From a virus (Duplodnaviria > Caudoviricetes), in the IMG/VR virus record IMGVR_UViG_3300047585_000006, positions 1 to 58,092 of that record: 58,092 nt of DNA; one strand, 5' to 3'. Shown here in pieces: positions 29,300 to 37,535 of this stretch. Positions within the stretch are counted from its first letter, which is position 1. Every line of letters starts with the position of its first letter. The notes under the pieces are model-generated. The model saw only the letters and a list, made by a program, of their open reading frames with translations, did not search any database and was not told where the DNA came from. The translations under genes and the position numbers were made by a program.

Positions 29300-29965
29300 T
29301 CATCTTAGGGTCGTCGATGCGATATTCTCACGGTAGATTCCAGCGGCGTCATACTCACGCCCGTCTTCATCTGCCTTGAAGAATCGGCACTGCACTGACG
29401 TAGACATCGAGTTGTTGGTCTCGAACATCGTCGCCCGCTTGTAGTCCTCAATGGCCGCTTGGAAGCGAACCTTATCGAACTGGCCATCCACGGGAGCAAC
29501 TGCACGGCCCCTCGCGTCGAAGAAGTAATTCTTCTCGACCGGGGGTGCCCATGTGCGACCGCAACGGAGACAGCGGACCCAGATGTCGCCGTTAATCATC
29601 TGGTGTTTAATCACGGCGTACTGGTTAGAATTTCCACCAGTGGACAGTACACGCACGTCGCGTGCTGAAGCCATTCCGCCCTTGCGGTGCGAGCAACGAT
29701 TGAACCGATAGTTATCGGTCGCTTCCTGCTGTCGGATCGAGAGACCTTGCTGTTCCCGATCTTCCTGAATCTGTTTGTCGCGGATTTCGCGGTCGGCAAG
29801 TTTCGCCTTCAGGTCTTTAATGTGATACTTACGCTCCTCAATTTCGAGCGTCTTGGCTTCGAGTTCCTGCTTCTTCAACCGAAGCTCCATCAGTTTCGCT
29901 TCGAGTTCCGCCTGTTTGATCTGCTCCTCGACAGACTGAACCACTTCCTTGGTTTCTTCTTTCAC
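29300..29965 (-). CDS. hypothetical coiled-coil/Zn-binding protein
   Basis: AGGAGGAG RBS, GTG start; CSH...H...CLRC. Confidence 0.75.
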   Translation of the reverse strand: MKEETKEVVQSVEEQIKQAELEAKLMELRLKKQELEAKTLEIEERKYHIKDLKAKLADREIRDKQIQEDREQQGLSIRQQEATDNYRFNRCSHRKGGMASARDVRVLSTGGNSNQYAVIKHQMINGDIWVRCLRCGRTWAPPVEKNYFFDARGRAVAPVDGQFDKVRFQAAIEDYKRATMFETNNSMSTSVQCRFFKADEDGREYDAAGIYRENIASTTLR

Positions 29966-29973
29966 AACTCCTC

Positions 29974-30408
29974 CTATAGGATTTCGATCACGTCTGAAGG
30001 CTGTAAATATTCCACAGCTTTCATCAGCACCGCAATGTTGTCCTTACAACATCCCAACATGCGATTGCATGGTTTACACAAAACTCCGCGAAACTTCTCC
30101 GTTACGTGGTCGTGATCAGTATCCCACATAACGCCGTCGCCCGAACCCCCACAGATCGCACATTGCTTTCCTTGGGCTTCAAATAAAACACGACGTTGTT
30201 CAAGAGTAATTCCACACAGCCTCATCAATGCTTGAGACTGTTGTACTTCTTTCGTCTTGTCATAGTTCGCCCTCGTAACTTCACGATGACAAATTTTGCA
30301 ATAACTCGACATCTTTTTCGGAGTAAAGTGATACTTCGCAACGGGCTTGTTTTCTCCGCATTTCGGACAGATTTTACAACCATCGACTACAAAATTCTTA
30401 GTCTTCAA
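29974..30408 (-). CDS. endonuclease VII-like HNH endonuclease
   Basis: CPKC, CAIC, DHDH, FRGVLCKPCNRMLG; likely TTG start at 30408. Confidence 0.88.
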   Translation of the reverse strand: MKTKNFVVDGCKICPKCGENKPVAKYHFTPKKMSSYCKICHREVTRANYDKTKEVQQSQALMRLCGITLEQRRVLFEAQGKQCAICGGSGDGVMWDTDHDHVTEKFRGVLCKPCNRMLGCCKDNIAVLMKAVEYLQPSDVIEIL

Positions 30409-31072
30409 GACGTCCACCTTGATTTCTAAACGCTTGAAGAGTTCGATTGTACCTATCGAATGCTGGAGTCGTACTAGGTTTTCCAAACACTTCAATAGCT
30501 TTTTTCTCAGATATGATTCCGTGAAGAATAATCTGGAGAAGAGGCGTTCGCCAACCCCTGAATTTTTCGTCGAGGGGAACCCCGTGTTCATCAAACCGAA
30601 GAGTGGAAAGTTCCGGCATGAAGCCTGCTTGGACCCAACAAGCAACTCTTGGTTCTTGATTAAGGTGCTGAACTACCAACGTCAGTTTTCCAGCTTGAGG
30701 ATGTCTGCGATACCAACAGTTCACTCCGGCTTGTTTCAGCTTATGAAGAAACACGATAGAGTGCATGATATGACCAATGCGGTCAGGTTCATTGGCATAT
30801 TCTTTCGGGTGTGCCCATTGATATTCCTTGGCCTGTTCGGCGGCCCCTTCTTTAAGGCGGGCCAATTCTTCCTTCGTCTGGTTGCTGGCCTCGGCGTCAC
30901 TTCGGCGGCTGGCGTATTCCGCCATCGCCTCGATCATTGCTGGATCAGTTTCGACAGGCGTCAACTCTTCGTCATAACTCTTAGTTGAGCGTCGAGCAAC
31001 TGCGGGTTCACCCTGAATTGCTTCGGGGGCCGCGTCTTCCCATCGTTGCATGTACTCTTCGTTTGTCGGCAA
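30398..31072 (-). CDS. hypothetical phage protein
   Basis: AGGAGG before TTG 31072. Confidence 0.7.
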   Translation of the reverse strand: MPTNEEYMQRWEDAAPEAIQGEPAVARRSTKSYDEELTPVETDPAMIEAMAEYASRRSDAEASNQTKEELARLKEGAAEQAKEYQWAHPKEYANEPDRIGHIMHSIVFLHKLKQAGVNCWYRRHPQAGKLTLVVQHLNQEPRVACWVQAGFMPELSTLRFDEHGVPLDEKFRGWRTPLLQIILHGIISEKKAIEVFGKPSTTPAFDRYNRTLQAFRNQGGRLED

Positions 31073-31080
31073 ATCTCCTC

Positions 31081-31221
31081 CTAGAATGTGAGACACTTCG
31101 TCCAGAACCCGAACGTGATTGTTATAATCCAACGATACAATCCAGCAGGGTCTTGAACACTAGGGCTTTTACTAAAGTAAATGCCAAACCCAAAACAACT
31201 TCTTGATTTCGTAAAACTCAT
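31081..31221 (-). CDS. 46-aa hypothetical protein (absent from the ORF track)
   Basis: GGAGGAG RBS; MSFTKSRSCFGFGIYF...FWTKCLTF*; stop abuts the next RBS. Confidence 0.5.
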   Translation of the reverse strand: MSFTKSRSCFGFGIYFSKSPSVQDPAGLYRWIITITFGFWTKCLTF

Positions 31222-31370
31222 TTCTCCTCCAAGATGTAAAATTGACGGACGCCTCGGTAGGCGTCATTCACAAGGCGTCCGACCTTTGATGTTGTAGACC
31301 AACCTGTGGTGAAGGGATCAGCCCCACTCGGTATTGGCGTTTCACCCGCGTGTTAACCCGCTGGTTCCAC

Positions 31371-31628
31371 CTATGTCCCCGGTTCGAGCAATCCGCTCTC
31401 GCTCGGGTCCGTGCCCTTGACATCAAACTCGCCGTTACAGAACGCTTTGAATACGTCGTCGTTCTCCTTCGCAAGTTCAACTTGCGTACGTAGCGTCGTG
31501 GCCGTGGCACGAAGTACCCGAACCACCTGACGCAAAACTCGGTTGCTGTTTCGTAGCCGATCATTCTCTTCCCGCAGAATCTCATTCGATTCCACGACGG
31601 CTTCCAGCGTGAATGTCTCCTCCGACAT
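31371..31628 (-). CDS. small coiled-coil protein
   Basis: AGGAGG before ATG 31628; heptad pattern. Confidence 0.6.
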   Translation of the reverse strand: MSEETFTLEAVVESNEILREENDRLRNSNRVLRQVVRVLRATATTLRTQVELAKENDDVFKAFCNGEFDVKGTDPSESGLLEPGT

Positions 31629-31747
31629 AACCCCTCCTATGAACAGAAAGCGGCCAACTCGATGCACCTTTGGAGTGAATTGAGTTGGCCTGCCTCCTAG
31701 ATATTATCCATGCCTCTCAAGATAAGCCACGGATTTTTGCGTACCGA

Positions 31748-32359
31748 CTAAGGCACGACGGTGACAACAACCTGCACGTAAATTTTCATCACGGGCTGGT
31801 CTGCTGGTGGCTGTGCCGTGTTACCCAGCGTGTTATCGAAAGTAGCGAACGCCACTTCGATGATAGCTTGACCGGGGTTCAACGCGGTAATGGTGATACC
31901 TGCCGTGCTGCCGCTGATTCCCGCTGCCGCGACAGAAGCAACGTCGGCGGAATAACCCGCAAAATTGCTGGGTCGATACCACGACGGGCTGCCTGCCGAG
32001 GGGTTGTTGTACGAGACTGCCGTAAACTGGTCGAGATCGCTAGGATCGTACGGGTTGTTCTGTACGTCAACTAGCCCTGCGGTCAGAGCCGCTGAGGTCT
32101 CGTAAGTGCCCGCACCGCTCACAGACAGCGTGATCGCGTACTGAGCATTCGGGTAACCGGGAGCCGTTGCGACGGAACTAGACCCGCCCTCAGTTGCACC
32201 GATACCTTGACCGTTGCCGCCGTTGGAGCCGGGGTGACCCAGACTCCCGCCTGAATGATTCGACAGAGCCGAGGCCCCGGTTCCACCAGACAGTACGACG
32301 TATGCTGCTACACCCAAGCCGTCCGTGGGGACATGCTGGGGGTTTGGATTTCCACTCAT
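31748..32359 (-). CDS. putative capsid decoration/Ig-like virion protein
   Basis: First non-endonuclease gene after the MCP; beta-rich, ITALNPGQAIIEV. Confidence 0.6.
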   Translation of the reverse strand: MSGNPNPQHVPTDGLGVAAYVVLSGGTGASALSNHSGGSLGHPGSNGGNGQGIGATEGGSSSVATAPGYPNAQYAITLSVSGAGTYETSAALTAGLVDVQNNPYDPSDLDQFTAVSYNNPSAGSPSWYRPSNFAGYSADVASVAAAGISGSTAGITITALNPGQAIIEVAFATFDNTLGNTAQPPADQPVMKIYVQVVVTVVP

Positions 32360-32360
32360 T

Positions 32361-32984
32361 TTAATTTCTCTTTTCTGCGAGAGCCTTAGCCCTCGTCAAG
32401 ATTTCTGTAATTCTCATGTCCACAATCAGAGATGGAATCTGGTGCCCATAAGCCCTAGTCAATGCCATTTCTAACCAAGCCCTTAACGAAAACTTTGACT
32501 TGCTAGCTTGACATGACAACTGCGAACTTTCAGGATGTGAACCGCAGCACGGGACTAGGTTTCCGGGTTGATGACCGAGCGATGAATCGATTCGGTCTAG
32601 CCCCCAGACTTTACCTTCTTCGGGAACTCTCCCACAATAAGTACATGGTCGAGCATTTCCATTCTCGTCGAGGTAGTAATGAATCGCCTCAGTCGGGTTT
32701 GAAAATCCAAAATTTCGTCCTGCTACTTTGTCTGTCCACCGCATTCCAAGATATCGTTTCCGAATAATCTTGTAATAACCGTTAGACATACTTTTGGCAC
32801 GGTTTGTAAACTCTTGCCCTGCTCTCGTGTAACTCTTGAGCGTTCCATCTTTTCTCCACTCAGCAGCCCAGTCATCTACCGCTCCGATTGAGAGATTCAA
32901 TCGTTGAGAGATTTCTTGGGGTCCTCGCTGTTGGAGCAATAATTCAAGCGTCTTTCGACGCACGTCTTCAGAATGTGCTTTCAT
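32361..32984 (-). CDS. HTH-fused HNH-type endonuclease
   Basis: N-terminal HTH-like (QEISQRLNLSIGAVDDW); CTYC, GLDRIDS..GH..GNLVPCC. Confidence 0.85.
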   Translation of the reverse strand: MKAHSEDVRRKTLELLLQQRGPQEISQRLNLSIGAVDDWAAEWRKDGTLKSYTRAGQEFTNRAKSMSNGYYKIIRKRYLGMRWTDKVAGRNFGFSNPTEAIHYYLDENGNARPCTYCGRVPEEGKVWGLDRIDSSLGHQPGNLVPCCGSHPESSQLSCQASKSKFSLRAWLEMALTRAYGHQIPSLIVDMRITEILTRAKALAEKRN

Positions 32985-32991
32985 CTTCTCT

Positions 32992-33044
32992 CCTTAATAG
33001 AGAATATGAAAACGGAGGGTGATTAAGGCACCCTCCATCTTCAT
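32992..33044 (-). promoter_or_regulatory. hairpin with loop complementary to the RBS region (putative pseudoknot)
   Basis: ATGAAGATGGAGGGTG-CCTTAAT-CACCCTCCGTTTTCAT...ATTAAGG-AG. Confidence 0.75.
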
Positions 33045-33052
33045 GACACAAC

Positions 33053-35912
33053 CTAGCTAATAGCTGCAATTTGTTACTCGCCTTGCGGCGGGATAAGACA
33101 TTTCTGCTTACCTCTCATAGTTTATCATTTCCTATGAGATCAGACTATCGCATCACACTTTCGTGTGTTCTCTCGCTTAGTCGTTCAGGCTGCCTTGCGG
33201 CTTGCCCCTTGTTGGCATTTCAGCGTCCAAGTCAATCAGAGAGAATTTATACCGCCCCATTGTATTAAGGCGGCGTCAATCTGTCGCATACGGATGGTGG
33301 TATCAGGACCAAGAGAGGTCGTGAAATGCACCCGATACGATGTCCCACAAATTCAGATCAACAACCCGGACAGACGATTATCCGGGGATCAGCCCTTCAG
33401 GATCAGCAACAGTCGGTTCAGCATTCTGCGGGTGTTACCTAGACTGTTAGTAAGGGTTAGTCATTTCTGCTAACCTCTCATACTTACTTTTCGTATGAGA
33501 TCGGACTATTGCATCGCCTTACGGCGTCTTCTCGCTTAGTCTCTCAGCGTACCTTTCGGCTTCGCCCTCGTTGGCATTTCAGCGTTCGAGTCAATCAGAG
33601 AAGATTTTACATCGTCCAGTTTGTTAAACGATGTTGCACTTGATGTTTCGCCAATCGCCGTCACCGTAGGTGGTGTCGTTCTGGGCACCCAGATTGATTG
33701 AGAAGATTCCGTCCTTACCGAAAATGTAAGTGCGGAGTGCCGTCAGACCAGTGACGCCCTTGTAGTTCGAGGTCTTCGTTACAAGGTTCGTCTGGAAGAA
33801 ATGAACTCCGGTTGAAGGCAGTTCAATCACTTCCTCAAGGTCAACGCTGACCAGTTCGTCCATCTTGGCTTGGCCCACCGGAGTGTGCTTCAAGATGTCG
33901 ATTGGAGAGTCGTTGCTGTTATCAGCAAGCACGTCACCCAGAGCGAACGGGTGTATGTAATTGTGTTTGGGTTAAATCGGAAGATTTCCGAACCCTACAT
34001 CACTGTAGGTACGCTCTCATTGTCACCAATGAGTTCAGACTCTATCTTGACTTCTTGCGAAGTCTCTTGCGTATTAGTCGTTAGAGATGACCCACGTTTG
34101 TTCAGTGTTTGCATTTTCCCCAGCAATTCTTTTCGTTTCGCTGCGAGAGTTTCGTCAAAACCGTTGTTGTGCGGAAGCCTGATATACTGAAGGGCTATAT
34201 TCGCCTGCTCTTGTTTGATTACCAGATACGGTAGAATCCCCAAGAGCAACTGCTCACTGTTGGTTCGTCCTTTTGGACGCCAGCCATAAGCAATCTTGTG
34301 TTTCAGATTTGCACGACGGTGATGATAGTATTGTCCACCAAAGTGCTGTACGAGCCACTCCATCAAATCGAGATTCGTATTTGTGACTTCGATACGAATC
34401 GCAGTTGAATCATAAGGACTGCCGTTACTCGACAACCCCTTATGGTGGTAGATACTGAAAGTGCCTTCACCATCAAACATTCCGGCCAGATACGACCAAT
34501 ACACCTTGTCAGGTGTTTTCATAGGTTCTTTCCTCGGTATTTTCTGCTTCGATTCTAATCTAACAGATGTTCACCGATATAGCAAGATTTTTTAACGTTG
34601 GAGCCATACTCTACGCATGTGCTGCGTAGGCTTTGGTGTTAACCCCAACGAATGCTTTGGATGCTTCGTCAAACGGACGGATCGAGCGACCTGCCATCGA
34701 CTGGACAGAGTTACGAATCTGGCTCAGAGACAGTGCAGTGAAGCTGGCCGTGGTCGAAGCAGCAAGCTGCACGAGCACGGAAGCGTCAATGCTGGACGCA
34801 CCGTCGGCGGTTGCACGCACAAGTGCGGACAGGGACTCGCCCAGACGGTAAGACATTTCCTTCGCAACGTTCTCGACGGTGTTGTCAATCGTGGTAGCGA
34901 GAGACAGAGACGAGAAGTTCGCGTAATCTGCGTACTCACCAATGGTCGCGGTGGTAGTCAGAACGCTGATGGACAGAGACGATCCCACAGTCCCTTCCGT
35001 AGTCGGGTTCGTGTTCTGGGCCAGAGGGACGTACATAAACCAATTGTGTTTTGGGTTTAAGGCAGAAAGCCCCCTAGTTCACACTAGGGTCGCTCTACAT
35101 ATCACTATGCAGTTCAGACTCTATCTTTACGACACTGGCGTGTCGATGTTTGACGTATTAGTCGTTGGGGATTCCACATCTTCATCGTACTGGTGGAGAC
35201 TTTTCATTTTCTCCCACAGTTGATAACGTCGTTCAGGATTTTCAACACCTGTCATACGAACGTATTCAAGAGCCGTCACTGCCTGCTCTTGTTTAATTAA
35301 CAGGTATGGTAGGATTCCAAGAAGAAAGGCTTCTACCTTCTTGTGACCCCCTAGGCAAGACCATTTGAAGCATTGTCTTTTCCCTAGTTTTCCGAGAGAG
35401 ACTTCATAGAAATCTCCACCGAAATACCGAACCATCCATCGCATCAACCGCTGAGACGTATTGATTACTGAAATCTTAAGATTGTAATTGTAGTAAGGCG
35501 TGCCTATTTTAGTTTCAGCACAAACCCTACTGATACAAATACATCCTTCGCAATCAACCGCCATCGCTGCCATAGCGAGTTTGGTTTTATCCTGTGTCAT
35601 TATCATGATGTGGTCTTTCCTCCGTCTTGTCTACATTATAGATATTAACGGATATAGTCAAATTTATTTTTAAGTACGGGACTATCATGTAATCTCGTAC
35701 TGGTTACCAGACTTCATGGGGAGGTCGAGGCGTTCCGAACAACGTACGAACGGAGTGTTAGCCTTCAAATTCTCCCTGAATCGCTTATCGTAGTACTTCC
35801 ACCACGATGATTCTTCTGCGGAAATCGAACTTCTCCCAACGTCTGTTTACGGCAAAGTAACCGTGGATTGGGGGAGGTTGGACAACTGATTGCCCGCAGG
35901 CGAAAATGACAT
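33053..35912 (-). CDS. major capsid protein (N4-gp56-like), 7 exons: 35912-35860, 35799-35692, 35040-34642, 33957-33627, 33428-33380, 33345-33268, 33066-33053; 343 aa
   Basis: Follows the scaffold gene; exons total 1032 nt and join in frame: MSFSPAGNQLSNLPQSTV/KYYDKRFRENLK...QYEM/FMYVPL...FVGV/IHPF...CNIV/QNAEP...IPGW/TSYRVHF...DAAS/AIS*. Confidence 0.9.
33067..33267 (-). mobile_element. group I intron 6, no ORF, 201 nt
   Basis: P1 GCCGCCU/GGGCGGU; P3 UUCUCUC/GAGAGAA; P7 GACUA/UAGUC; ends AAUUG. Confidence 0.92.
33346..33379 (-). other. 34-nt core-less mini-intron (intron 5)
   Basis: P1 CCCGGAU/GUCCGGG; P10 GUCU/GGAC; terminal G; removal restores T|GG Trp and the frame. Confidence 0.8.
33429..33626 (-). 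mobile_element. group I intron 4, no ORF, 198 nt
   Basis: P1 ACAUCGUU/GACGAUGU; P10 CUG/CAG; P3 UCUUCUC/GAGAAGA; P7 GACUA/UAGUC; terminal G. Confidence 0.92.
33958..34641 (-). mobile_element. group I intron 3 with LAGLIDADG ORF, 684 nt, ends in A
   Basis: P1 CGUUGGGGU/GCUCCAACG; P10 GUAUG/CAUAC; P3 UCUUGC/GCAAGA; P7 GACU/AGUC. Confidence 0.9.
33995..34522 (-). CDS. intron-encoded LAGLIDADG endonuclease
   Basis: YLAGMFDGEGTF; ILPYLVIKQEQA. Confidence 0.95.
   Translation of the reverse strand: MKTPDKVYWSYLAGMFDGEGTFSIYHHKGLSSNGSPYDSTAIRIEVTNTNLDLMEWLVQHFGGQYYHHRRANLKHKIAYGWRPKGRTNSEQLLLGILPYLVIKQEQANIALQYIRLPHNNGFDETLAAKRKELLGKMQTLNKRGSSLTTNTQETSQEVKIESELIGDNESVPTVM
35041..35691 (-). mobile_element. 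group I intron 2 with LAGLIDADG ORF, 651 nt
   Basis: P1 GUACGAGAU/GUCCCGUAC (one mismatch); P10 UACAUGA/UUAUGUA; P3 UUUGAC/GUCAAA; P7 GACU/AGUC; ends ACAAUUG. Confidence 0.9.
35127..35606 (-). CDS. intron-encoded LAGLIDADG endonuclease
   Basis: MAAMAVDCEGCI (divergent motif); ILPYLLIKQEQA shared with the intron 3 ORF. Confidence 0.88.
   Translation of the reverse strand: MIMTQDKTKLAMAAMAVDCEGCICISRVCAETKIGTPYYNYNLKISVINTSQRLMRWMVRYFGGDFYEVSLGKLGKRQCFKWSCLGGHKKVEAFLLGILPYLLIKQEQAVTALEYVRMTGVENPERRYQLWEKMKSLHQYDEDVESPTTNTSNIDTPVS
35800..35859 (-). other. 60-nt core-less mini-intron (intron 1)
   Basis: P1 ACGGU/GCCGU; P10 UACUUU/GAAGUA; terminal G; contains an in-frame TAA. Confidence 0.75.
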
Positions 35913-35935
35913 TGTATTAACCTTTCAAATCATGA

Positions 35936-37096
35936 CTATCGACGGATGCCCATCTCCGCACGTTTGTGTGCGGCCTCAGACTCTAGTCGGTTGACGAGAG
36001 CAACGAATTTCGGGTCTTTCAATTTGGCCCGATAAACGTCAGAGGGGAGCTTGTCGATGTCAGCAAGAGTCACAGAATGGCCATCGACCGGAACGTTAGG
36101 TCCGGCGGCTGATGCGACTGAGGCATTCAGACCAGATGGTACGTGACTATGTCGCTTTACTTGCGGCGGCTCTACCGTGCCCAATCCGGGGGCGGCGGCT
36201 GCTGGAGTCTGCGATTTCGACTCCGGTTCCACGGTAACGACTGGCAGTTCCACTACAGGAACTTTAGGCGTTACAGATGCCTGTTGCACTACAGGGATGA
36301 CCTCAAGCAATCCAGCTTGGGCCAACGTGTCAAACGCGGTCTTGAAATTTGCAATGGTGGGAGCGTAATTACGCTTCGCCATCCACCGAGTTACTGCATC
36401 TCGGTTCGCCGGAGAGTCGTAGTACCCATCGGCTAGATTTACAAACTCAACATAATTCTCAACGGCACGTTGCTGGGCGATGAACTTACTCGTATCGTTC
36501 AGCGTACGGGCCAGAACTTCTGGCTTCACTCCGAAGGCCGACTCAACAATCAAGTCGCGGGCTTCAGCAGCAGTCTCGGGATTAGTCAACTTCTGAGACA
36601 GTGCGAAGCGTTCTTCGGATGTTAGATCGCGGGATTTGAACTCCGCGATGTTCTGGAACTTCTCGGCATCGTCCTTCGGTTCGTCGGAACCAAACGCCTT
36701 CTCGCGGGACATCTTCCGCATCTGGCGAACGGCCTGTTCCTGATTCTTAATCAGCTTTTCGAGCTTCTCAGCTTCCGTGCGATAGACAATGACTTGCTTG
36801 CCGCCCATAGGACGACCGTCTTCATCGCAAAGCTGGTACTCGTAACGCTGCTCCGGCAATTCTGCGGGAGCCGCTGGGGGTGTCGGCGGAACGACTGCGG
36901 CCACTGGAGCATTCTTGGCAACGAGTCCTGTGGGATCGTTCTCAAGTGCGGGTGCGTCGGGATCGGTCCCGGCGAGAACTGCGGCAATCTTGTCTTCGAC
37001 CAACTTCAATTCTGCGGCGATGCGGGCCTTCTCTGCGGCCACGGCTTCGTCATTCAGACCTTTGGCAGTCTGTGGTACTGCGGTAGTGGTGCTCAT
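35936..37096 (-). CDS. putative capsid scaffolding protein
   Basis: Between portal and MCP; helical, Pro/Ala linker, charged C-terminal helix. Confidence 0.7.
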   Translation of the reverse strand: MSTTTAVPQTAKGLNDEAVAAEKARIAAELKLVEDKIAAVLAGTDPDAPALENDPTGLVAKNAPVAAVVPPTPPAAPAELPEQRYEYQLCDEDGRPMGGKQVIVYRTEAEKLEKLIKNQEQAVRQMRKMSREKAFGSDEPKDDAEKFQNIAEFKSRDLTSEERFALSQKLTNPETAAEARDLIVESAFGVKPEVLARTLNDTSKFIAQQRAVENYVEFVNLADGYYDSPANRDAVTRWMAKRNYAPTIANFKTAFDTLAQAGLLEVIPVVQQASVTPKVPVVELPVVTVEPESKSQTPAAAAPGLGTVEPPQVKRHSHVPSGLNASVASAAGPNVPVDGHSVTLADIDKLPSDVYRAKLKDPKFVALVNRLESEAAHKRAEMGIRR

Positions 37097-37114
37097 AATC
37101 TATCCTCCTAGATT

Positions 37115-37462
37115 TTATGATACTTCGTCCATGTACATCGGGACTTCCGGGTTCGCCGGAGTACCAACATTCGAGCCAAACGTGGACTCGATTTGCAGAA
37201 TCTCTTGAAGACGCTGCATCAACCCTGCGTAAAACATCCCGGCACCCTTCGCTAACGCGTGGTTCGCCAGAATCTCTTGCGGGCTTGCTGAATCTGAATT
37301 GAGCAGTTTGATGTTCATTAACCGAACTTCTTGCTCCATCAAATCCTGAAGGATATGAAACGCTTCAGTCTTGACATACGAACACAGCAACGCTTGCTGC
37401 GTCTGCGTCAACTTGAAGGACATCTCCAAACCCTTGATATTGTCCTCGGTAATCTTCAGCAT
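37115..37462 (-). CDS. hypothetical head-module protein
   Basis: GGAGG RBS; between portal and scaffold. Confidence 0.7.
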   Translation of the reverse strand: MLKITEDNIKGLEMSFKLTQTQQALLCSYVKTEAFHILQDLMEQEVRLMNIKLLNSDSASPQEILANHALAKGAGMFYAGLMQRLQEILQIESTFGSNVGTPANPEVPMYMDEVS

Positions 37463-37535
37463 TTCCCCTCCGAAATGTTTGCCCTGCCCGTCCAGTTTCC
37501 CAGACGGGCTTGCTTGTGCGGGACCACACCATGAA

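Noticed and set aside
33624-35036. ORFs 34611-35036 and 33624-33932 as separate genes or a capsid pseudogene
   Set aside because: They are exons 3 and 4 of one spliced MCP; the junctions have group I P1/P10 helices and join in frame.
35800-35859. T4 gene 60-style ribosomal bypass or an alternative genetic code
   Set aside because: No matched take-off/landing codons flank the stop, other genes use TAA/TAG/TGA as normal stops, and recoding cannot fix the 34-nt frameshifting insert. Disfavoured, not experimentally excluded.
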